In this document: positions 57,554 through 64,000 of the stretch, in pieces | Position numbering within the stretch: position 1 is the first letter of the stretch | Layout: each line of letters opens with the position of its first letter | DNA from: Candidatus Nealsonbacteria bacterium | GTDB taxonomy: Bacteria; Patescibacteriota; Minisyncoccia; Minisyncoccales; JANBVM01 | Direction: 5' to 3' | Assembly: GCA_047456295.1 (NCBI GenBank) | Contig: CP179887.1 | Location: 559,159 to 623,158, forward strand | DNA length: 64,000 nucleotides | Position numbers and translations under genes: made by a program | Notes under the pieces: generated by a model | What the model saw: only the letters and a program-made list of their open reading frames with translations | What the model was told of the DNA's origin: nothing | Databases searched by the model: none

Positions 57554-58380
57554 TTTTTCTTTGTTATGAAGATAAAGCTTTTTACCCATTTTTCCTTGTC
57601 TCCGCATTCCAGCCATTTTCCTTTTACCCAGAGACCAAATACCTCTTTTCCCTGTTTGATTCTTTGCTTTAAGGCATTGGCCAGAATGATTTCACCGTTT
57701 TGAGGTTTTGTTTTTTTAAGATAAGAAAATATGTCTGGTGTTAGAACATAATTTCCCACCAGAGCAAAACTGGAAGGAGGATTTTTTTTTGGTTTTTCAA
57801 TCAAATCCTCTATTTTATATAATCTTCCTTTTACCTTTTTCACCTTCGGCACCCCATAAGAAGATAGCTTTTTTTTGGGCATTTTGTAAAGACAGAGAAC
57901 AGGTTTCTTTACCTTGTTAAATGTTTTCACCAGCTGACTTGGCATTCCTTGTTTTCCCCAGGAAACGTCGTCTCCAAAAAGAACCAAAAAAGGTTCTTTT
58001 CCAACCAACTTTTCTGTTCTTAAAATGGCATCTCCATCTCCCAAAGGTTTTTTTTGAAGTGTATACCTGTATTTTATCTTAGGAATTTCTCTCAGAGCTT
58101 TTAGAGCTTGTTTTTTCCTTCTTTTCTTTAATATCTTTAGGAGTTGTTTTTCCTGTCTGAAATATTTTAGGATGTAGTTTTTAAAAATCTCCTTTTTCTT
58201 TGGGGATACCACAAAGATAATCTCTCTGACCCCGGCCTTCAGTGCTTCTTCCACCACATATTGAATTACTGGTTTGGTTCCCAAAGGAAAGAATTCTTTT
58301 GGGATAACCTTTGACAGAGGCAAGAACCTTGTTCCCAGACCTGCTATAGGGATTACTGCTTTTTTAACCTTCATATCCAA
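57550..58380 (-). CDS. galU: UTP--glucose-1-phosphate uridylyltransferase-like
   Basis: KAVIPIAGLGTRFLPLSKVIPKEFFPL and VLFGDD. Confidence 0.8.
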   Translation of the reverse strand: MDMKVKKAVIPIAGLGTRFLPLSKVIPKEFFPLGTKPVIQYVVEEALKAGVREIIFVVSPKKKEIFKNYILKYFRQEKQLLKILKKRRKKQALKALREIPKIKYRYTLQKKPLGDGDAILRTEKLVGKEPFLVLFGDDVSWGKQGMPSQLVKTFNKVKKPVLCLYKMPKKKLSSYGVPKVKKVKGRLYKIEDLIEKPKKNPPSSFALVGNYVLTPDIFSYLKKTKPQNGEIILANALKQRIKQGKEVFGLWVKGKWLECGDKEKWVKSFIFITKKK

Positions 58381-58936
58381 AGAGGAAATTTAAGTTCTTG
58401 GGAAAAGAGCTTTTAGGTTTCTTAAAACGCAACCGGGGAACCTTTTTGTAGTTTTTATTTTTAACCCAGCCTGACTTTGTATAATAATAACAGCCTCCCT
58501 TTTTCCTTTCAATCCTTTTATAATCTGATTTACATTTTTTGGAAATCCAGTTTGCCATTTTGAGTTCTTTTAAACAAGGATTAATGGTTATATGGCCGTA
58601 TCTTGGAGGAATTAAGACATGGTCTCCTTTCTTTGCCCTGACATAATAAACATCTTCAATCTTTCCTTTTTTATCCTTTTGCAGCAGATAAATAGCTTCC
58701 CCCTTTAAAACAATATATAATTCCCCGTAATTCTTATTATGATAATGACCTTTTGTTTTAACGAATTCTTTTCCCAGGAGCAAGGGAGGTATTATAGTGA
58801 TATCATATCTTAAGCTGTTTTTTTCTTTCACCCCCCGATACATATAATATAGTTTAATGTTGGGAGCTGTTTTTGTCCACTCCCTGTCATACAGAACCTT
58901 TTTCATGTCATTTAAATAGCGGACATCAGGCTTCAT
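58364..58936 (-). CDS. cupin-type (archaeal-type) glucose-6-phosphate isomerase
   Basis: GKEFVKTKGHYHNKNYGELYIVLKGEAIYLLQ and IPPRYGHITIN align by eye with the Pyrococcus cPGI motifs (TKGHFH, ...VPPYWAHRTVN). The start at M23 avoids overlap with the upstream gene. Confidence 0.75.
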   Translation of the reverse strand: MKPDVRYLNDMKKVLYDREWTKTAPNIKLYYMYRGVKEKNSLRYDITIIPPLLLGKEFVKTKGHYHNKNYGELYIVLKGEAIYLLQKDKKGKIEDVYYVRAKKGDHVLIPPRYGHITINPCLKELKMANWISKKCKSDYKRIERKKGGCYYYTKSGWVKNKNYKKVPRLRFKKPKSSFPKNLNFLFGYEG

Positions 58937-58968
58937 GGTTTTTATCCCCTGTTTTTTGTTCCCTTTTT

Positions 58969-60933
58969 TTATTTCCATACCCTTTTTGTTTTTATGTGCC
59001 ATTCTGTTACCTCAGCAAATCTTTCCGAAGGATTAGTGATCATGTCTGCGTTTATTCCCCTGATTTCTTTGGATACAAAATAACGATAATAGGGATTGTA
59101 CAAGAATACCACCGGACAGTCTCCAATGAGAATGTCTTGAAACTGTTCTAATTTCTCCTTTCTTTCTGTTTCGTCTAAGGATTTTCGGTTATCTTCCAGA
59201 AGTATATCAGCTTTTTTATTCTGGTAATTAGCCAGATTCAGACCCAGCTCTCCTATTTGGGAAGAGTGCCAGAAAGGAAAGGGGTCAGGGATTGAACTCA
59301 AGACCTCACCGAATAAGATAGCTTCAAATTCTCTTTTTCTGAGGATATCTCTTTCTATGGTGTTGATGTCTAAAGCTTTAATCTTAATATCAACCCCTAT
59401 TTTATTCCATTGGTTTTTTAAAATAGTAGCCACCTCAACAAGGATGTCCTGGTCAACAGTAAAAAGGGATAATTGAAGAGGTATTGTTTCTTCTGGTTTT
59501 TCAAGACAGACCTCGTTTAGTTTTTCTCTGGTTTTGGCTTTTACCTCGCCTGTTCCACTCTTTAAACCAAAGGGTTCTAAGATATCTTCTTTGTATTTTT
59601 CCTGAAACCTGATTACAGCTTCTTTTGTCTTTGAGCCGAAATAGCCGGTGATTGATGCTTCAGGATAAATCTGAGGGTCTTTAGCTAAACACTTCTGGAG
59701 TTCTGTTACCTCTGAATTGTTTGAACCAACAGAAAGATTGCTCTTAAAGGTAAAGGTCAGTGTTCTTTTTATGGTCTTTTCCCTTAAACCGTTTTCATTT
59801 ATTGAAAATCCAGCTCTTTCTAAAATATCATTGGCTTTGTCAAGATTATATTCGTAAATCTGGGCAGGTTCTCTGAAGCCGTAAATATCAGGCAGAATAG
59901 GAGAATGAACAATCCTTCCTTGGTTTGAAAAAACAGTATTTAAAATTTCCTCTTTGTTTGTAGCATAATTCAAGGCTATCCTTATGTTTTTTTCTGCCAG
60001 GACTTTTGAATTCTTTGGATTGAATAAAACACTGAAATATCTGGGTATGGAAAAAGAATGAATATTTCCGCTATCTGGAAGATCTTTCATGGAACTGGGT
60101 GAAAAACCCTTGATTACTCCTTTTTTATATGCGTTTATTAATTCTTCTTCTGAATCAAAAAACCTGAAGGATACCTTGGAAAGATAGGGAGCTTTGGTAA
60201 AGTATAAGGGATTTCTGGTTAAATCCAGAGAAATTATTTCTTCGTTTTTATCCTGGGATAAATCTTCTAACATATATGGTCCAGACCCAATAGGGTTTAG
60301 GTTCAGAGGGGTGAGGAAGAAGTTTTGAGCAGAGACTTTTTTCCAGATGTGTTTGGGTATTATTTTTAAGGTACAATTTTCCAGAAAAATAGGAGAAGGG
60401 TTTTTTAATTTAAAACGCAATATCAAATCAGAGATTTTCTCTACTTCCACCCCCAACCACATGGTTCTTAAAGGGCTTTTAATTTCCGGGTTTTGAATTG
60501 TTTCAATGGTAAAGATTACATCATCTGCTGTCAATTGTTGGGAATCATGCCATTTGATATTATCTCTTAAATGAAATTCATAAACCTCTCCTCTTTCCAT
60601 AATCTCATAATATTTTGCCAGATCTGGTTGAATATTACCTTCTGAGTCATATTTCATTAATCCTGAAAAGATAAACTGGATTAGGTCGCTGTCCACGTCT
60701 GAAATGGCAGCATAAACAGGATTGATGAACCTGGGAGAACCTATCATTCCCTCAACATATATCCCGCCTGGAGCTGGTGCTATCTTTGTTTTGTCAAGAT
60801 AAAAACTAATTGAAAGAGGAGTGAAAGAGACGAGGAATAAAAAAAGGAAGATAAAAAAAGATAGTCTTTCTCTCTTATTCAAAACTTTAAAAAATTGCTT
60901 CCACTGATTTTTTGAAGGCCATTGGTAAGGCAT
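58969..60933 (-). CDS. family-5 ABC-type substrate-binding protein with an inserted peptidoglycan-binding domain
   Basis: N-terminal TM anchor and an SBP_bac_5-like fold. The insert VTELQKCLA...ITGYFGSKTKEAVIRFQEKY (about 59510-59720) looks like PG_binding_1. Confidence 0.7.
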   Translation of the reverse strand: MPYQWPSKNQWKQFFKVLNKRERLSFFIFLFLFLVSFTPLSISFYLDKTKIAPAPGGIYVEGMIGSPRFINPVYAAISDVDSDLIQFIFSGLMKYDSEGNIQPDLAKYYEIMERGEVYEFHLRDNIKWHDSQQLTADDVIFTIETIQNPEIKSPLRTMWLGVEVEKISDLILRFKLKNPSPIFLENCTLKIIPKHIWKKVSAQNFFLTPLNLNPIGSGPYMLEDLSQDKNEEIISLDLTRNPLYFTKAPYLSKVSFRFFDSEEELINAYKKGVIKGFSPSSMKDLPDSGNIHSFSIPRYFSVLFNPKNSKVLAEKNIRIALNYATNKEEILNTVFSNQGRIVHSPILPDIYGFREPAQIYEYNLDKANDILERAGFSINENGLREKTIKRTLTFTFKSNLSVGSNNSEVTELQKCLAKDPQIYPEASITGYFGSKTKEAVIRFQEKYKEDILEPFGLKSGTGEVKAKTREKLNEVCLEKPEETIPLQLSLFTVDQDILVEVATILKNQWNKIGVDIKIKALDINTIERDILRKREFEAILFGEVLSSIPDPFPFWHSSQIGELGLNLANYQNKKADILLEDNRKSLDETERKEKLEQFQDILIGDCPVVFLYNPYYRYFVSKEIRGINADMITNPSERFAEVTEWHIKTKRVWK

Positions 60934-60945
60934 AACACCTGAGGA

Positions 60946-61161
60946 TTATATGACGAGATTGAACAGAGCCAGGATCACAAAAACTATTCCAAAGATTACG
61001 GTTGCCCAGAAGATTTTTTGTTCCATTCCCCTTCTGACAGCATAGAATTCACCTGTGCCTCCAAAAGCAGAACCCAAAGAACTGCCTCTTTGTTGTAAGA
61101 GAATCAAGATAACTAAAAATCCAGCTACCACGATCTGGGCAACGAGTAAAATTTCTTTCAT
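60946..61161 (-). CDS. secG: preprotein translocase subunit SecG
   Basis: LLQQRGSSLGSAFGG motif and two TM helices. The start at 61161 overlaps the upstream stop. Confidence 0.75.
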   Translation of the reverse strand: MKEILLVAQIVVAGFLVILILLQQRGSSLGSAFGGTGEFYAVRRGMEQKIFWATVIFGIVFVILALFNLVI

Positions 61162-61538
61162 CTCCTTAATCCTAGAAAAAAGTTTATTATCCAGATGATT
61201 ATTGTTGTGAAAAACAAAGGAGTAATGCCTGATATCTGAAGTTCTGGAAACAGGATATCCAGGGACCATACCACTATCATATTGAGTATCAAAGAAAACA
61301 GGCCCAGGGTTAGAACCTTCAGGGGTAAGGTAATTTTATCCAGAACAGGCTTAATCAAAAGGTTGATAAGACCCAAGACGCTTCCAATGAAAAGCAAGAT
61401 TTGCCATTCCTGGGTAAATTCTATTCCAAAGAAAATACTTTTCCCGGGGATAATTTCTACACCCACCCCGGGAACAAATTTTGTAGCTAAAAAAATTGCC
61501 AAGCTACCAGCAACAATATGCCAAAATAATCGTTCCAT
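61158..61538 (-). CDS. 4-TM membrane protein of the phage-holin-4_2 / YvlD family
   Basis: NLLIKPVLDKITLPLKVLTLGLFSLILN matches the conserved core of that family. Confidence 0.65.
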   Translation of the reverse strand: MERLFWHIVAGSLAIFLATKFVPGVGVEIIPGKSIFFGIEFTQEWQILLFIGSVLGLINLLIKPVLDKITLPLKVLTLGLFSLILNMIVVWSLDILFPELQISGITPLFFTTIIIWIINFFLGLRR

Positions 61539-61617
61539 ATATATATTAGTTTAACATTTAGTGTTTTTAAGTTAAATTAGGATTTTTCCTGCTTTAAGAG
61601 ATAATAGCAAAAAAACA

Positions 61618-62880
61618 TTAATTTAACAAGCCTTTTAATCTTAACTTCTTGTGATAGGTTATGGCAAATCGATGAGCTTCATCTCTTAGTTGTAAAACCA
61701 GATTAAAGATTTCCCGGGGAAGATTTTTTAACAAAACTGGTTTTTTTTGATTCTCAATGTAAAGTTCATTCTTTTTTTTGGCCAGGGCCATAACCCTTAT
61801 CTGTTTAAATCTAGGGAGTAGACATTGAGAAACAATATTTAATTGGGCTTTGCCGCCATCAATTAAAATTAAATCTGGCAAATCCCATTCTGAATGTTTG
61901 AGTCTTCTGTTTAAGACTTCTTTTATCATTATTATGTCATTTGGTTTTCCTGTCACCTTAATCTTAAATCGGCGGTAAAGATTTGTATCTGGCTTTCCTT
62001 TTACAAAGGTTATCATGGAACCTGTGGCTTTCTGGCCTTGAATGTTGGATATGTCATAAGCTTCAATTTTAGAAATCCTCTTTTTTGTCTTGAGAATCTT
62101 TTTCAGTTCTTTTTCAATTCTTTTCCAATCATGTTTTTTAATTTCTATTTCTCCAAAAATCCTGGCATTAGACAGGGTCTTTTGTAAAGCATTTATTTGG
62201 TCTCTGACCTTTGCTGCTTTTTCATAATCCTGTAAATTGGAAGCTGACTTCATTTGTTTTTTTAAGTTTATCAAAACAGATTTGCTTTTCCCTTTTAAAA
62301 CAGAGATTAGATGTTTGATGTCTTTCTTATATTCTTTTTCTTCAGCATCAGGTCCGGGGCAGAGACCTAAATGACACCAAGGACATAACTGCTTGGGATG
62401 TTTTTTAACCGTGTAATAAGGAAAGATTCTTCTGAGGGTTTTTAATGTTTTTTTCAGGGCAGTCCCGTTCACAAAAGGCCCTATATATTTTACTTGTGTT
62501 TTGTCTTTTTTGGTTTTCTGCCTGATTTGATGGGTGATAAATATCTGAGGCAGATTCTGTTTTGTAATGCCCACAAAAAAATAGTTCTTGTCGTCCCTCC
62601 AGATAACATTATATTTAGGTCTATATTTTTTAATCAGATTTGCTTCTAGAATCATGGCTTCAATCTCAGAACCTGTTTTAATATATCCAATCTTGTTTAC
62701 CTTATTAATAAAAAGGTTATCTCTGTAATTTGATTTTTGAAAATGACTTTTTACTCTTTCTTTAATATTGTTTGCTTTGCCAATGTATAAAAATCCCTTT
62801 CCTTGTTGAAGAGTATAGACGCCTGTTTTTTTAGTGAGTTTTGAGATTTCTTTTTTTGTTAAAAATTTAAACTTTTCCAT
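61618..62880 (-). CDS. uvrC: excinuclease ABC subunit C, short form
   Basis: GIY-YIG (GVYTLQQ...LYIGKA), UVR domain (YEKAAKVRDQINAL) and endonuclease domain (IEAYDISN). It ends right after RDEAHRFAI, so there is no (HhH)2 domain. Confidence 0.85.
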   Translation of the reverse strand: MEKFKFLTKKEISKLTKKTGVYTLQQGKGFLYIGKANNIKERVKSHFQKSNYRDNLFINKVNKIGYIKTGSEIEAMILEANLIKKYRPKYNVIWRDDKNYFFVGITKQNLPQIFITHQIRQKTKKDKTQVKYIGPFVNGTALKKTLKTLRRIFPYYTVKKHPKQLCPWCHLGLCPGPDAEEKEYKKDIKHLISVLKGKSKSVLINLKKQMKSASNLQDYEKAAKVRDQINALQKTLSNARIFGEIEIKKHDWKRIEKELKKILKTKKRISKIEAYDISNIQGQKATGSMITFVKGKPDTNLYRRFKIKVTGKPNDIIMIKEVLNRRLKHSEWDLPDLILIDGGKAQLNIVSQCLLPRFKQIRVMALAKKKNELYIENQKKPVLLKNLPREIFNLVLQLRDEAHRFAITYHKKLRLKGLLN

Positions 62881-62978
62881 TCTATCAAATTTTACTTTAA
62901 AGTTGTTAAATTTTCAATTAAAGATTTGACAAATCAAACAATCAGGAGGTTTATCTCTTTACCTTCCTTTATTACTTA

Positions 62979-63007
62979 TTGAAAAATCTTGAAATTTTAA
63001 GTATAAT
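62979..63007 (+). promoter_or_regulatory. sigma70-type promoter placed for a leaderless or near-leaderless uvrA transcript
   Basis: -35 TTGAAA (62979-62984), a 17-nt spacer, -10 TATAAT (63002-63007), ATG at 63015. Confidence 0.5.
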
Positions 63008-63014
63008 AGCAGTT

Positions 63015-64000
63015 ATGGTTAAAAACTTCATTAAAATCAGGGGAGCTAAAGTCCACAACCTAAAGAATATCAATCTGGATATACCAAAGAACAAACTGAT
63101 TGTTGTTACCGGTGTTTCAGGTTCAGGCAAGAGTTCTTTGGCTTTTGATACCCTTTATGCTGAAGGGCAGAGGAGGTACGTGGAATCCCTTTCTGCTTAT
63201 GCCAGGCAATTTTTAGGAGTGATGCAAAAGCCCAATGTTGATAAGATTGAAGGGATATCGCCAGCTATCTCAATTGATCAGAGAAAGGTGACTCATAATC
63301 CCAGGTCTACTGTTGGAACAATCACTGAGATATATGATTATATGAGGTTGCTTTTTGCCAGAATCGGAACCCCTCATTGTCCGAAATGCGGGAAAAAGAT
63401 CTGGCGGCAGACAATCGATCAAATCACAGAACAGGTTTTAAAGTTACCCAAGAATAATGAGATTATAATCTTGGGGCCTGTAATAAGGGATAAGAAAGGA
63501 CAATATCACGGAGTTTTAGAAGAAATTCAAAGGAGTGGATTTATCAGGGTAAGAATTGATGGAATCATTTATAGGACAGAAGAAGCTCTGGAGTTAAAAT
63601 TAGCAAGGTATAAAAAGCACAATATTGAGGTGGTGGTGGATAGATTAATTTTAGGCAAAGATTTAGACAGGACAAGATTGGTTGATTCTCTGGAAACAGC
63701 CTTAAAATTGGGAAAAGGAATTGTAATTGTTTGGGTTGTAGGAAGGTTAAATCGTTCGCTTCGGTCACTTGTAAGACAGGGAAAGATAAAACAATCCAAT
63801 AAAAGCAAGCGTTCTGATATTTCAGACATCATATTCAGTGAACACTTTGCCTGCGAGGAATGTGGGATTTCTCTGCCAGAATTAGAACCCCGGCTCTTTT
63901 CTTTCAATTCTCCTTATGGAGCTTGTCCTGCTTGTCAGGGTTTGGGTGAAAAATTAGAGGTGGATCCAAAACAGGTATTACCCAATCCCAATCTGTCAAT
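63015..64000 (+). CDS. uvrA: excinuclease ABC subunit A (5' part, runs off the window)
   Basis: My own translation gives [55 protein letters not shown]. It is missing from the ORF track because there is no stop within the window. Confidence 0.93.
   Translation, partial: MVKNFIKIRGAKVHNLKNINLDIPKNKLIVVTGVSGSGKSSLAFDTLYAEGQRRYVESLSAYARQFLGVMQKPNVDKIEGISPAISIDQRKVTHNPRSTVGTITEIYDYMRLLFARIGTPHCPKCGKKIWRQTIDQITEQVLKLPKNNEIIILGPVIRDKKGQYHGVLEEIQRSGFIRVRIDGIIYRTEEALELKLARYKKHNIEVVVDRLILGKDLDRTRLVDSLETALKLGKGIVIVWVVGRLNRSLRSLVRQGKIKQSNKSKRSDISDIIFSEHFACEECGISLPELEPRLFSFNSPYGACPACQGLGEKLEVDPKQVLPNPNLS

Noticed and set aside
1-64000. Alternative genetic code (UGA recoding, as in some candidate phyla)
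   Set aside because: Long conserved genes (rpoB, rpoC, ftsK, ligA, recA) are uninterrupted under the standard code and end at sensible positions.

Overview
This is an AT-rich, very tightly packed bacterial window that uses the standard genetic code (rpoB, rpoC and ftsK are intact single ORFs). No gene start has a Shine-Dalgarno signal, the type IV pilus (T4P) locus has no secretin, and the housekeeping genes are compact. From this I infer a reduced-genome CPR/Patescibacteria-like organism; I have not verified that.

Layout:
- 0-1.2 kb: two tRNA-Ser genes and comF.
- 1.2-9.8 kb: T4P core, in the order pilM, pilN, pilO, small TM protein, pilB, CheY-like receiver, pilT, pilC, pilin, pilD.
- 9.9-28.6 kb: an accessory island, all on the + strand, built around a His-Xaa-Ser (Hxs) cassette. 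The cassette has two HxsD-like genes, an HxsB-like radical SAM/SPASM enzyme, and an HxsA-like protein with 22 consecutive H-x-S units. Eight further radical SAM (rSAM) genes bring the total to nine: five compact paralogs sharing a distinctive C-terminal motif, two more SPASM types and one B12-class. The island also holds a GT2 plus GT-C glycosyltransferase pair, two near-identical small protein genes each translationally coupled to a different rSAM enzyme, and a second, atypical A24 (prepilin-peptidase-type) protease.
- 29.2-36.6 kb: a Cys-rich secreted protein, a 1123-aa PKD-domain surface protein and four pseudopilins.
- 36.7-50.3 kb: ligA, a SEDS protein, rpoB, rpoC, ftsK, recA.
- 50.4-64 kb, mostly on the - strand: rpsF-ssb-rpsR, ychF, phosphomannomutase (PMM/PGM), trpS, RNase J, tRNA-Leu, two sugar-nucleotidyltransferases, a cupin-type PGI, an orphan substrate-binding protein (SBP) with a peptidoglycan-binding insert, secG, a holin-4-like protein, uvrC, and the 5' part of uvrA.

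I found no transposase, integrase, CRISPR array or rRNA. The best candidate for an undescribed system is the expanded Hxs/radical-SAM island, which sits between the two halves of the T4P locus. All family assignments come from motif recognition by eye; no HMM or BLAST search was run.
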